From: Podarcis pityusensis | Lineage: Eukaryota | Assembly (NCBI GenBank): GCA_964106645.2 | Contig: OZ067053.1 | Strand: one strand, 5' to 3' | DNA length: 64,000 nt | Shown here: positions 29,371 to 43,700 of the stretch, in pieces | Layout: the number at the start of each line of letters is the position of its first letter | Position numbering within the stretch: position 1 is the first letter of the stretch | The notes under the pieces: model-generated | Told to the model about the DNA's origin: nothing | Database searches by the model: none | Seen by the model: the letters and a program-made list of their open reading frames with translations, nothing else | Made by a program: the position numbers and the translations under genes

Positions 29371-32300
29371 CTAGAAGAGAAAACAAAACAAAGCCTTGTT
29401 GGTGAAAGAGAACTTGCCACGTCCAGGCGTCATGTTTGCATCTGATGAATCCTCATCGAGCGCAGGGGATGGGGAATCTGAATTCTGTTGGGAGAAGAAC
29501 TGGGGTCCCTGAAAATATGAGCTACCCCCCGACACACGTTTAAGGAAGTCCCCATTTCAGGGATGGGGAACCTGTGACCCTCCTAGACATTATGAGACCA
29601 CACTTCCCAGCATCACTGCCATCCCTCGTGGCTGGTGCAAACTGGAGTCACGAGGCATCTGCAAAGCCGCAGGTTCCCTCACCCCTGCTCTGTTTGCAAA
29701 AGCAGGTTCCAAAGAATGTCAGCAATGCCTTTCGAAGTTTATAGGATGGTGAAAGTAGGTTTGTTGAGAGGAAGAATCAGAACTATTTTCAAAAGCTAAC
29801 GAGGAATGCTGCTTTCGCGTTCCACTCGGCAAAATTGTTCTCTGTGGTGTACATATTTCTACACCAACTGCCGCCCATCACAAAAAGATGTCCCTTTAAT
29901 TGCCAAATAAAACATACTAGGAAGGGTATACGGAGAGTATTTGGCGCAGTTGATGTTTATACCCACTTAAGAACTGCCTTGCTCAATCTGGCTGGTTCAG
30001 TAATCTGTCCAGAAAGTGGCCATCTGGGTGCCTGTGGGGAAGGTGTCTAGGAGTCCCCACCACCTGGCATTCAGAATTACTGCCTCTAAAGATGGAGGAT
30101 CCATTTATGTATCACTCCCTCTGTCTGTGATGTTCAGGCGTATGTAGGCAAAAGAGCATCACCCCAGCAGGCTCGGGGGAAACCTGCAGAATTCTTTAGG
30201 GATGGAACCCCCCAAGCAGGACGAAACCTCAAAACCAGCTCAATAAGGGCATACATAAAATTATCAAGGCGGCTTACAACAGAATATGTGAGTACGCTAA
30301 AACATAAAGTGCCATAAAAGCAACGCAAAATAATTATTAAGATGATTATATAATCGGCGGAGGGGGGATATTTTTATGTACTCCCTCTGCATCATTCGAT
30401 GTTATCTCTATATTTTCCCACAAACACTCAAGTCATTCCCCCCCCCCGAACTAAAAATCCAGCTCCTTGATCCATTTGCTGCCCTTTACTCATTCCTTTC
30501 CAAAATTATAACCAGAACCAAGACATTTCACTGTCTCAAGTAGTTTACAAATGGCGTCACATACCCACACCCTCACCCCGTTTTAGAAGTCTTGCTGCAA
30601 TCCTTAGACACTAATTCCTGCTTTTCATCTATTTCCCAGCCTCCCTTTGTGTTGCCGCCTGAGGCACCTTGATTCACCCTGGGGCATGGCAGGGCTGGTG
30701 CTGACTATAAGAACGTAAGAAGAGCCAATGGCACTCTTTCCTCCTGCAGTTTCCAGCAGGTGGCATTCAGAAGCATTGGTGGAGGCAGAGCACAGTCGCC
30801 ATGCTCTGAGATGGGGCACAAGAACACTGACCTGTTTCAGAGCCAGAAATACCACATCGCTTAAGCACGCATAAAAGGCAACTGCTCCCTTCCCTTACCC
30901 GCTTCCCTTCCTCTTCTCCTCGGGCAGCTCTTCTTCCTCGTGAGCCTGTGCACACTTCTGCCCCGGCTGAGCATGCTACATGCCAGACACAGCCCCTCCC
31001 ACAGCCTGAGCATGCAAGGCATGGTACATATGCTGGCAGGAATGCGAAGCCTGTGTTCTCCCTACCCCTGGACTCTAAAAGGAGGAACCTTCCAGGGCAC
31101 AAGCGGCATTGCAACGCAAGGAAGCAGTGGGAAACATCAAAACCTGTAGAAGCCAAGGAGTTAATAGGCAGGCAGGTGTAGCTCAGCAGCAGAGAACATG
31201 GCTTGCCTGCAGAAGGTCCCGGGTTCAATCCTTCCTCAAAAGGACCAGGTGGCAGATGGTGGAAACATTCTCCTCTGCCTGAGAGGGCAGTAAATCAAAG
31301 TGGGGCTTCCACATTCAGGAACAGTCTAGCTCTGAGTGCCAGAAGCTCCCAGATCAGATAAAGGGTTTGTTGAGGTTTTTTTGTAGCCCTGATTTCTGCA
31401 CGCTATCAAAATCCTAAAACGTATTTTGTTTTTGTCCTTCATTTGTTGCAATTTGCTTACTCTAGTACAATCTCTTTTCTTAATGGTTCATTAATAAAAG
31501 CTGCTGCCTTATAGAATGAGCCTGTAGGGTTTCAGGAAGGGAAAAGTCTTGCCCCTCACCAGCTACCTGAAATCCTTTTGGTGGGGGTGCTGACACTGGG
31601 GCCTTCTGCATGCTGAGCTCTCATGCTGCAGACTCTCCCTTGAAGCATAGGAGGCTGCCTTATTCCAAGTCTGTTTCTTTGTCCATCTGGCCCAGCTCTG
31701 ACTGGCAGCCACTCTGAAAGAGAGATCTCAGGCAGAGACGAGTCCTTCGCACCACCAGGGATTTGAACTTGGGACTTTGTCCATGAAAAACATGAGCTAC
31801 AGTCCCTCCTTGCGCAGGTAGACTTCCCCTTGGTGGAATTGGGCCTTCATTTAAAAGATGCAATACCATTTATCAGCGGAGTGGAAAGGACTTGTTATGA
31901 AGGAGAAGGAGAAGAAAGGACAGAGCACAACTGGACATGTTGCATAAGTGTTTTTAAAGGGTGCAGCCAGGGGGCGGCCATGCCTTCACGATCGATGCTT
32001 TGCAATGCTCTGGCTCCCATACCCAATCCCAGCTCAAACGCCCCACCTTCCACACCGAGACCGTGCCAACTTTCAGCGAAGCAACAAGAGGGGAAAGTTT
32101 TCCACTTCCAAACAGCTACAGACATGCATGCTCAGGTCATGCATGAAACCTGATCAGCCCAGACAGGAGGAGGGGAGGCTGCAGAAGAGGCTCCCACTGA
32201 CATCAGCTCCTGGCCCCAACTGGAGAGTCTTCACAAGCCAGCATTTGAAGTGGGAACAGGATACCAGCACTCACCCATCCCTCACAAGACGGCAAACAAC

Positions 32301-34714
32301 ATATCCAGGCTTGTTTCCTTAATCTCTGTGGTCTTGTAGACTCCACCAGCCCCCAGTTACAGAGAGGAAAACAACTTCTCACAACAACCATCACTGGCCA
32401 AGTGTGCCCACACACAGGCTGAAGAAAGCTGCTGGAACAAGTGTGGTGTATTGGGAGACCAGGGTTCAAATCCCCACCCCCCAGCCATGAAGATCACAGG
32501 ATTGTTATGGAGATAAGTTGGGGAGGGACAGAAACATCTATGCCCCCATGAGCTCCTTGGAGGAAAAGCTAGGATGTGAATGCAATCAGTCAATAACTAA
32601 AAGAGGGAATCTGTTTGCAATGTCTGGAAATGTCTCTGAAGCCAGAAGGTTAGAAGAACTCAACAGACACCCAGCAGACACTGTCTATGCTCTGCCCTTA
32701 ATGTCCCGTCCCCCCACCAGCCTATGTTTGGTCTTTATTGTACACCATCCCTTCCTCCCACAAAACATAGGGAATTCTGTAAAAGCAGAGACACTGCAAT
32801 CAAGTTGTGGAAATGGGCTGTCTGTGGTTGGTCAAGTACCAAGCTTGCTTGGTTTCCTAAGTACACACGGCTCTTTCCTCTTTGCCTTTTACGGGTTGGG
32901 TTCCTCCATAAGGCAAAGTAAAAAAAAAAAAAAAAAATTAAAATCCATATCCCATTACAAGATTATTATTTTTAAGGCAATCAACCGGGGCGGGTATCAA
33001 ATTATGGACAATGGGTCATGGTAACCTGCATCACAATTTAGGCCATCCCAGAATCTATGCTATTTCATAGCCGTTAATGTCTTCTTTGCCATGCTTTTGC
33101 AACACCACTGATAGATAAGATAGGATGGCTTTATGTATTTATCCATTCGATGCCGTGATGATCTCCAGATTTTTGGGACTGCAGCTTCCCATAGTCCCAG
33201 CCAGCATGGCCCAAAAAATCTGAAGGGCATCAGGTTGTTGAAGGCTGATCTTCAGCGAGTGCAACCTCTGAAGTCAGGCAAGATGGAGGAGGAAACGCCG
33301 CAGGATTCCAGACTACAGAAGCCAGCCAGAGGTGGGGCGGAGCTGCTACTTAAGATATTTCACCTCCATCTCTAAAGGCACTAGGGAATGGTCATGTCTT
33401 CAGGAATGCACTTTGCTGGTGCGCCCTTTCAGATCCGGAAATTCCCAAATAATTACGATGACCCCAGAAGTGCTGTTTTTCTAGAAAACCTTCCAGCTGC
33501 AGACCAAGGAAAGCAGACTTGCCAAAAATCCCCACCCCACATGTCAGGGATGGAAATATCATCCCACAAGCACACTTCTGCCTTTGGTTTTTCAAGCCCT
33601 AAACAGTTTTGGGAGCAGGTTATCCAAAGGACAGCCTGCACACGTGATATGACCCTGCCCAAAGTCTAAGACCGTCTTTGGAGGCCCCAAAGATAAGAGA
33701 GGTCAGGCTGACTGGGCCCCGTCAGTGACAGCCTCATATTTCTGGAATACGCTTCCTCATGAGGTTCATAGCGCACCTTCACTGGAGAGTTTTAAAAGAG
33801 TTCTTGAGAAAGATTTCCCTCTGCTTTTTTATTAACTGCTGTGTTTTAACCATGTTTAGCTGCTTGTTTTTAAAAGGGCATGAAACAGATTTTAAACTGT
33901 TGGCTGTATATGTTTCTAAGACTGCCTTTGCACTTTCCCTGAAAGGCAGGGCAGAGATTATTTAACAAATGCTTCCCCCCAGTGTCAGGATCCGCAAGCT
34001 TGCAATTTAACCCTGTCCACAATGAGGTGAGCACACTTCTAGAGGCGCTCACCTGCTCAAATTAACACATGTTTGCACGCACTCTTGCTACAGTGTAAAT
34101 CCTTTCAATTTCAGTGAGGTCGTCTTCTCAGTAAACCAGTGAGTGAGCTATTAACCTTGGTTCCTCGGCTACATCTGGGCATCAGATTCTCTGTATCAAT
34201 AGTGGTTCCACAACATCTTGTTCCTTCTTTTATTTATATCTGCGTTCGTTAACTTATGAAATGAGTTCTCTGGGTGCCATCTTAGACCTTGACAATTTTT
34301 AGGTGGGATTATTTAAAATGATCCCACCTAACAGATAGGTGAAGAACCGATGCTTTTATCAAAGATTCCAGACTCTTTTGAGGTGCCTGGATGAGTTTCA
34401 AGTGCTGTTTACTCTTAGCTTGGGGGATGGGGGGGGGGGAGTACTGTTGAAGCTTTGTTCAGGTGTTTTGGCTGCTCTGGTGCAGATATCACAATAATAT
34501 AGAGGGAAAATACCATGCTTCCAGCATGATTCCCTCACAGGGGAAACAGCTGCTGTAGCAGCTGTCCTTGGGGCTTCCTAGGGTGAGGAGCCAGATGCAC
34601 ACTAAACGGTACCTTCTTTGCAAAAGCAAGGACCTAAAATGCCAGGGAGAGAACACACTGGTTGTTCGGCTTTCCCATCACCTGCAATGAATTCTCGCCT
34701 CTCATAACCAGCTA

Positions 34715-34718
<4 letters not shown>

Positions 34719-34748
<30 letters not shown>
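34719..34748. repeat. (AC)15 microsatellite
   Basis: Read directly from the sequence. Confidence 0.95.
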
Positions 34749-34751
<3 letters not shown>

Positions 34752-36508
34752 CTCGCCCAGCAAACCACAAAAGGTAATCCTGGCAGTTGAGAAAGCGTTT
34801 GTATTCCCCTACTGCCAGTTCCTTGTGGTTCCTGCTTGCAAACACAATTAATTTAAGAGGCTTGTTTAGACAAGAAAAGCTCACTGGTTTTAATAGAAAG
34901 TGTTTCCTTTTTGAAATGTATCTCTTGCTCGCTCGCCTCATGAAAAGCCTCCCTCCCCAGATTTAACCAGATTCATCATTTCCAGCTAATTCCCACCCTG
35001 GAAAATAGCAGCTGGCTAATCTATCCCCAAGATGACCCCAGGGCAAAGGTTTAAGAAATATTTTGCAATCAACCATTCCTGCATTTCTGTGACTCAGCTA
35101 AGGCTATCTGTGTTCACCTTTTGTGGCAGTGACGCCACTGGGCTACCGAGATGGCACAGAATGTTCACTGACATTCCAACTGCTTAGAGAACATAGGTGT
35201 TGGAATGCCTGCAATTCTGCTTTTGTGGGGGGTAGGGGAACTGGCAATCTGGCTGGGAGCAAAGGATCACATTATCCCTAGGGGCAGAGATAGCTTTGTG
35301 AAGTAGGCAGTCAGGAAGATGTTCCCTAAAGAAGGGTTAGTGAACCCAGAGGCCGTGTTGAATCCAGGGGTGGTTGAGTTTTTTGAAATTGAGCCGGCTA
35401 GCAAATTCTTTGGTTGAAAATTCCCAATTTATTTAAAATATATTGAAATTTACATTTCATAAAAAGGGAACTGCTAGGTCTGGCCTCCTGCTGCCAGACG
35501 TGGTTGGTCGGATACCTCTGCTGGATTGGGTATGAAGGCAACAGAGCTCTCTATTTATAGGTCTCCCAACATCTAGTATTCAGAAGCAGACTTCCTCTGA
35601 ATAGTGAAGTGCCATTTAAATCTCATGGTTCGTAACTAGCATCTCCTCCATGAATCACAACCTCTCTGCAGCAGACACTGCTTCTATCTGCATGCTTTCA
35701 AACATATCTCCACAATCATGAGGTCTAGAAATTTCCTTTGCAATGAAAACAGATTCTCAGGGAATTTACTCCATGCATGCCAGGCAATGTATGATGCACA
35801 ACCAAAAGGACCACCTACAGGGAAGTTTGCAAAGTGACACGTGGCATCAGTAAGCATTTAGATACTTCTGGCAAAACTAGGGTGCTTTTTACTATTATTT
35901 TTAATCATGTTGTTGTGAATTAGGAAGGGTAAATGGAAAAAAGGAAGCCTTTCACCTTTGGGTGCAGGAAAAACTTTTTAAGTACATTTAACTGGAGGGG
36001 GGGGGGAGCAAACTTCCTTTTCTGGGAGGGGCAGAACTTGAAACAGTGCAACTTCCCTATTATGGAGTAAATTTATCTCAACTTTTATTATGCATGTGCA
36101 ACCCCGATGGGACGCTGGAATCTGCTTAACACTCGTTTAGTACCAGCGAGCTTGGGATCCTGTTTCCCTGTGTGGGAATCTCAGCTCTCCCTACATTCCT
36201 AAAAAGCCTCTGTCCCAGACTCTTTCTGCTTCCTTCTAAAAAAAAAGTGTGTGTGTGCGCGCGTCTAGATTTATTGTGGCACAAACTTTCATATGCAAGA
36301 AGCTACAATAAACCGAGCCCAGATTTTTCCAATATGAAGTGCAAAGCTCTATGGCTCCGATGATCGTGGCTTTAATCTACAAAGGCTTCTGTCGCAATAA
36401 AATCTGCTGGACTTTAAAGGTGTGGCAGGACTCTTTGTTGCTTTTCAGTAAAGAGAGAGAAAGAGAATGAAGAAGACGCCAGAGGGAGGGGAAGAAGAAA
36501 CAACAGTA

Positions 36509-36750
36509 CAGTGGTACCTCGGGTTACATACGCTTCAGGTTACATACGCTTCAGGTTACACACTCCACTAAGCCAGAAATAGTGCTTCAGGTTAAGAACT
36601 TTGCTTCAGGATAAGAACAGAAATCGGGCTCTGGCGGCACGGTGGCAGCAGGAGGCCCCATTAGCTAAAGTGGTGCTTCAGGTTAAGAACAGTTTCAGGT
36701 TAAGAACGGACCTCCGGAACGAATTAAGTACTTAACCCGAGGTACCACTG
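36509..36750 (-). mobile_element. Tc1/mariner-pogo MITE, family A, copy 3 (inverted relative to copies 1 and 2)
   Basis: Perfect TIRs cagtggtacctcgggtta / taacccgaggtaccactg, with TA at 36507-08 and 36751-52. Confidence 0.9.
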
Positions 36751-37817
36751 TAATGATAGATGGATGTGGAGCAGAGGAGCAGCAAGCTGTCTTTTTTTGA
36801 CTGAACCAGTCCATTGGACTATCTAGGCTCAGTATGCCAATTGGAAGCAGTGGCTCTCCAGAGTTTCAGGCAAAAGTCTCTCCAAGCCTATCTGGAGATA
36901 CCGGGACCTGAACCCGGGACTTTCTGCATGCAAGGCAGATGTGAGCTCTATCCCTTTCCCAAACGGGGGCAGATGCTGCAACCTTCTGCTCTGCTCCTCA
37001 GCGGTGGGGCCTCCAAAAACACAAGCTGTAGTTTAGCTTTCTCTGCTATTTTGCACTGCCTTCTACGGCACAGACACCAGAAATCCCCTGGCAAGGGCAC
37101 CCTCTGGCACAGACCTTCTGATAACTTTCCCTGCCCCATCCTCACATTACAGCTGCCAAGATCTTTTCCCGTTAGTCCTTAGCATCAAGCACAGCATCCT
37201 TCTCAGGAGCAGGAAACATCTCAGCGGAGAGGATCTGCTTTGGCTGCAGAAGGAGCACATTTCCAGGCCCTACCCAGAAACCCTGGAGACCTGCAGCCCC
37301 CAGGGAAGAAAATGCTGAGCTGGAGAGCCTGACAGCTTTCTACGCTCCTATCAAATGCAGGCAAGCAGGTACGTCAGCTTTTCCACAGGCAAGGACTTTG
37401 CGGCACAGCTGCAAAAGTGGTTTCGCCCCGCCACTTTTCACCCAGTGGCACACATCATCCTGCAACTGACCGACACCCTGTTTTTTTGGGGGGGGGGGCG
37501 TAGATGCAGGACCCCCTGAGCCAAGATTGTTCAGTTACTGATCTCTTGGGGAAAGCGGAGACAAAAGGACCACACCCAGCTTTGTTCCTCTGGACATAAG
37601 CCTGCAGGCTGGGTGTGATTGCCTCACAGAGATGACTCACAGCACACTCATGCACACAAACAGGCTGGATCAGAGCAAAGGGAGAGGCTTCGGCAACCTT
37701 TGTGGAGTCTTGCAGCCAAGCCAGCCCAGACATTTTAGCGACGCGCAGGCCTGGAGTTAAGAGAACCAACGACTGAAAATGGAACTCGTTTTTTAAAGCT
37801 TCTACATGCATATTCCA

Positions 37818-38166
37818 GGGACGCTGTTGGCGCTGTGGGTTAAACCACAGAGCCTAGGATTGCCGATCAGAAGGTCAGCAGTTCGAATACCCGCGACGGG
37901 GTGAGCTCCCGTTGCTCAGTCCCTGCTCCTGCCAACCTAGCAGTTTGAAAGCACCTCAAAGTGCAAGTAGATAAATAGGTACTGCTCCGGTGGGAAGGTA
38001 AACGGTGTTTCCGTGCGCTGCTCTGTTTCACCAGAAGCGGCTTAGTCATGCTGGCCACATGACCCGGAAGCTGTATGCCAGCTCCCTTGGCCAGTAAAGC
38101 GAGATGAGTGCCGCAACCCCAGAGTCGGTCACGATTGGACCTAATGGTCTGGGGTCCCCTTTACCT
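37818..38166 (+). mobile_element. Full-length Sauria SINE
   Basis: tRNA-like head (A box tggcgctgtggg, B box gttcgaatacc), BovB-like tail (ccccagagtcggtcacga) and an (acctt)n end. The 15-bp TSD is tacatgcatattcca; its right copy is split by a MITE. Confidence 0.88.
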
Positions 38167-38176
38167 TACATGCATA

Positions 38177-38545
38177 CAGTGGTGCCTCGCAAGACGAAAT
38201 TAATTCGTTCTGCGAGTTTTTTCGTCTTGCAAGTTTTTTCGTCTTGCGAAGCACGGTTTGGTTTCAATTTTTTCAAAAAAATCTTCAAAAACCTCAAAAA
38301 AGGCTACCACACTGCGTGCTATGAGTTGCTCCCCAAAGTCAAGTCGCAACTGCACCTCTTCAAGCAATGCACCCTGTATTACTGTAACGGTTTTAAGAAA
38401 AAGGAAACAAACTTGCAAGACGTTTCCGTCTTGTGAAGCAAGCCCATAGGGAAATTTGTCTCGCGAAGAAACTCAAAAAACCAAAAACTCTTTCGTCTTG
38501 CGAGTTTTTCGTCTTGAGAGGCATTCGTCTTGCGAGGTACCACTG
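38177..38545. mobile_element. Tc1/mariner-pogo MITE, family B
   Basis: TIRs cagtggtgcctcgcaagacgaa / ttcgtcttgcgaggtaccactg, a TA duplication at 38175-76 and 38546-47, and internal ttcgtcttgc repeats. Confidence 0.88.
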
Positions 38546-40484
38546 TATTCCACTTTGTGAAGTGCAAGGAGTACCAAGCCCTCTGCGTTATCCTCACAAA
38601 AATCTGCACCAAGTTAGCTTTCTGGCTGAATGAAGATTCAGCTCTGGGTCTCTCCAAGTCCTGGTCCAGCATTCTGAACCACTACAACTCGCTGCCTTTT
38701 GACCCAGTAAAAGAAGCCCTTTCTGGATTTCCGATAGCACAACTTGCACCCCCAAAAAGACCTGTTTAGGAAGGCTGCACAAGGATTAGCCTCACAGCAA
38801 GAGGAGCCCCTCGAACCTCGTTGCTGCATAAGTCACTCTTTCTGGGTGTGCGTCCTGACTGGACTCGTCCAGAGATGCAACAGGGCACCCTCCTTGAAGA
38901 ACAGGTAATTTATATTGGTGTAGGAGCAAAATTACCTGCCTCCTGGGTGGCAACAGATCTTTGGGCCAACAAAAGTTACTGTGTTTCCAGTTTTATATCT
39001 GTTAAAAATCTAAACAGCAGAAACTCAAGTTTTGCCTCCCACCTGCCAAAGCACGGCCCATGGTCAACAAACCACACCTTGCGAAGCCAAGTGATACAAC
39101 CCTCAGCCATGTCAATCAGTAAGTGACTAACGAACAGGTGAAGGATGTCCGGAGTCTGTTGCAGTTTTAACTCTCCCACAGAGGGCTGTGGGCGTCTTGC
39201 TCCCAATATCTTTTCTCTCACACATAGAATTCTTTTATTTTAATTTTTTTTAATCTGTATTTTCCTGCAAAGCATAGATAGAAAATTTTAAACAAGCAGC
39301 AATCATTGAATTACATTAAGGAAAACAAGGGCTGCCAACAAACTTTGGTATCACACAGAAAACGAGACAGTTCAGTATCAACCTACAGTAACAATAAATA
39401 AATAATAGTGTATTTCACACATCTGGTGTTTTTGGTCTCATAATTTATGTTGCTCAAACAAGTGACCAGGGACTCAGGTATACAGCTGCAAATAAAACAT
39501 TTTAAGTGCGTTGTAAAGTGCAATATGCAAATGCGACACTAGATGGCGACAGGGAGCTATGAAAATTCAATGTATTTTTTCAAAACGTTTTTTTAAAAAG
39601 CATTTTCACAATGTTTTGTTATATGTGTTTAGATTCTACCCAACAGTGCTTGGGGAAAGTATCCATCGGATAGATTTCTGACAAGCAGAATAAATTTCAA
39701 CTGAAACAGGCATTCTGCAAGCCTGGCACACGGCCTCTACTAGGCAGGGATGAGGATAGTCGAAATTTAAAATGTTGCTGTTCCTCACGGGGGTGGGGGT
39801 GGGGGGAAGAAATCTTGCTCCCAAATGAGTGGATGATGAAATCTAGAGCAGAAGGCACCATGTTTTTTGCACCTACCACTTTTCAGAAAAAATGCTATGC
39901 GTGTGGCATTTTGAGATCATGAAAACAATGGCCAGAAGTCATCACCACAGACAGCAGCAAAATAAAGTAAGAAGTAAGAAGATGACCCAGCAGTCCTGGT
40001 CAAAGTAGACTGCCTTCCCCCAAACACGGCAGTGGTTTTCGCTGCCCGAAGAACATCAGCAAAACGGCTTCACAAATTTCAGGTGGCATCTTTGGGTACA
40101 ATCCCCACAACTGTCTGCTCTAAGAGCTCCTCCTTTTCCCTACAGAATCCTGGGAACTGTAGTTCTGTAAAGTGGGTAAGGGATTTCAGTAGAGGATTCA
40201 CAGCATCCTTCAGCAAACCACCATGGCCAAGATTCCTAGTGATGAATTAATGTGTGTTTTTTCCAATTAAAAAAACTTTTTAATAATTCTGCTGTAGGGT
40301 TTCTTGTTTTTTAGTGTTGTAAACCACTGGATATATTTTATAATACAGTGGTATGCAAGTATTTTTTATCAGTAAACAAATACAATTGTAATATAGCAAT
40401 GCCTAGAGTGTTAGTTTCAGCTAACAGGCATAACGAACACCTTCTTTTTTAAAATAAACCCACTGCGCCCAACATTGGGAGATA

Positions 40485-40744
40485 CTGTATTTTTTGCTCT
40501 ATAAGACTCACTTTTTCCCTCCTAAAAAGTAAGGAGAAATGTGTGTGCGTCTTATGGAGCGAATGCAGGCTGCACAGCTATCCCAGAAGCCAGAACAGCA
40601 AGAGGGATTGCTGCTATCACTGCGCAGCGATCCTTCTTGCTGTTCTGGCTTCTGAGATTCAGAATATTTTTTTTTCTTGTTTTCCTCCTCCAAAAACTAG
40701 GTGCGTCTTGTGGTCTGGTGCGTCTTATAGAGCGAAAAATACGG
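40485..40744. mobile_element. pogo/Tigger-like MITE, family C, with an internal palindrome
   Basis: TIRs ctgtattttttgctctataagac / gtcttatagagcgaaaaatacgg are flanked by TA. An internal inverted repeat spans about 40581-40656. Confidence 0.85.
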
Positions 40745-43700
40745 TATTTCTTGCGGCTCAGAAGGTGGCTCGTGAAATGTTTCACATCAGATATTATCAG
40801 AAATTATTACAAGACTCTCAGAAGCTAAGCCACTTTTCATTTCCTCCTATCAGTCTGGGTTTTCCAGATATCTAATGCAATCCAAGCTGCATGGTACTTA
40901 TACACTGACTAGCTTCATGGTTTGTAATAAACTGCAATAATTTATAATCATTAGAACACAGCAGCCAAACTAATGCAAGAATCACAGACATTAGAACAAG
41001 ATGCTAGCAAACGCGCAGCATGCTCATGAAATACTGAGCAAATCTCAGGGTGTGGGTGACTTTATACTTGCGTGGGTTTTTTTGGCTCCGCAGAAGCACC
41101 CTAAGCTTTGTGGGACAGCATGCGCTGTGTGCAAAAGTTCCATTGCTGCTATTGATGTGTGTGGTCAAACGTTCAGGTATGCAGCAACAATAAAGAAGCC
41201 TTTTTTTCTGATGAGAAGTCCCAGACAAAGTATTCCTGAGCATCTCAAAAACAAATCTGAATGCAGGTGCAGACTGGGATGAAGCTCTCCAGTTAAAAGG
41301 CTTGTTGGAAGTGGAAAGTCTTTGGTCGGCATCAAGAAACAGCAGAGACAGCACATGTCTAATATTCCAGGGGAAGGGATTCCCGAGGGCAAGGGTGCCA
41401 CCACACGAAAGGCCCAATTCCTACACAGTATGGAACAGATCTCCTGATAAGACAGCAGGAGGCCATCAGCTGCAGAAAGCAGTGATCAACTGGATATATA
41501 AGGGGCAAGACGATCTTGTAGGTGTCGTAGTGCCAAGCTGCATATACCAGCACCTTGAACTTATCCTAGATGCTAATTGAGAGCCAGTGCCATTCTTCCA
41601 ACAGTGGGGTAAGGTTTCGGTGATATCCTGCACCGGTGAGCAGTTAAGTCGCCACATTTTGCAACAGCTTCCAGGCCACCCTCAAGAGCAAGCCCAGAGC
41701 AGGAAAAAATGGGCTAGATGCACAGAGAGTTTTACCTGGTATTTGGGGGTTTCCTGTGTCTACTGATCCAGGGCACACACACACACACCCCGTCCACCAG
41801 GCCCCAGTCTTGAAACTTATGCTGCCACATCACTGCAAACCACTCCTAGCTTTACACACCTGCTGGCTGGCTGCATCCAGTCCCAGTTCCTTTGTACGTG
41901 TATCTAGATAATGCACACTGTTAAAAATCAGTATGGTGTAGGATGTTAAAAAAGATTTGGATCACAGAGATCTGGGCCATGAAGCTCATTGGGTGACGCT
42001 GGGCAAAATTGCTCTCTCTCAGCCTAACCTACCTCACAGGGTTGTTCTGCAGATAAAATTTGGCCGGGAGGCAGGGGGGAGATCACTTGAGTGACTGAAT
42101 TGAGATGAAACACTTACTTTCATGTAATAACATTTATATAACCGCTTGATTGTAAAACAACAACAACCCACACATCCCTAAGAGGGCTACATGTTGCACT
42201 TGAGTGGAGAACAAGATAAAAATGCAACAGACACGTTTTCAGATACAAATATTAAGGCACGTGTTTTCAGATTTTAAAAAGTACCGCACACATTTTCAGA
42301 TGAAAATGTCCTGCGCACCTTTTCAGGAGTACAGGAAATAGTCCTTCTAGATGGACTCGTACGTTTTACGTCTGAAACTCTCACCAAACATAACTACTGG
42401 CTACGCAAGCCAAGGGGTCCTACCCCCATAACGCCCCAAGGAATGCCCCCGCCCTCACCTCTTCTACGGCCCCCCCCCTTGGAGTTCAGTGCCAGCTGCT
42501 CTGTGGCCTTGGCAGCAAGGAGGGCCATTGAGTGAGGCAGGATCCTGGCTCATCATGCCTGCCTGTCCCCAGCTTTGAAAGAAGAAACCAGCCATTGCAA
42601 GGGAGCTATGCCAACCACGAGGGCCCCGCCAGTTGCTTCTATTCGGAGGGGGGCCACGTGCTTGAATTCTCCGTATTTTTAGAACCAACTGCTTGGCCTG
42701 GAGAGCTATGAGCCGGTCAGGCTTTCTTGGGATCGCCGGGGTTATTACTGGAAAAGGGGAGGTTGCAAAACACAGCACGACATTCCCACAATGTCACGGG
42801 AGAGGGTATTCTGCGGCAGAATATCTCACTGGGCTCGAGATAGGAAGTCGTCAAAACAGGGGCCGCGTTTCTGTGGGGAAAGCCCAGAGGCAGCCCTTCC
42901 AGGAGGCAAGGGAGACACTTGGTAATCTGAGAGTGGTGGTCTTCAAGCAGTCAGCCGTGCCCTCATACCCAGGGGCTCCCCAAAGGAGGCACCCCAGAGT
43001 CCTAGCACCTCTGAGGTATGGCCAGTGGTTAGAATGTCAGGCCGGGACTGGGTTCAAATCCTACAAAGCTCACCATATGACACTCAGCCTGACCTACCTC
43101 ACAGGGTTGTTGTGTGAGGATAAGGCAAGGCGAGAAATCTCGCATGCTGCCACCCTGAGCAACTTCAAAGAAAGGTGGGGCTGAAGATGTGCGAAATAAA
43201 TGCACCTGCTCGCCCCAAATACCCAATGCCTTAGATTTTAAGGGTGGCAAGGGAGGAGATGAATGGATCTGACTGGCACAAAAAAACCCATTGAAATTGT
43301 TTATTTATTAAAATGTATACACTCCCCCCACACCCATTTTATAATGTATATAAAACAGAGAGAGCCATTAAAACAGATGAAAATTAAAAGATGAAAAACA
43401 AAATTATGAAACAGTCACGCAAAAGAAGTGCAACTGCACACATGGCTTAAAATAACAACATCCAAGTAAAGTCTATCAACGTGATCAGATTATCAAGTAT
43501 AGTTCCAGATTTGCCAGGCTTATTTATACATTGCTTGACTGGGGGGTGGGGGAACTATCAAAGGGGGTTTATAAAAATGATAAAAGAGTAAAATTATCAA
43601 TAAGAAGAATCAGCAATAATTTAAGACTTTTGAAAAACAAAAAAGAACAATAGACTAAGGACAGATTAGGCAGTGAGTTCCGAAGTGCAGGTGCTGCCAC

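Noticed and set aside
37818-37900. tRNA-like A and B boxes
   Set aside because: These are the head of a Sauria SINE, not a tRNA gene.
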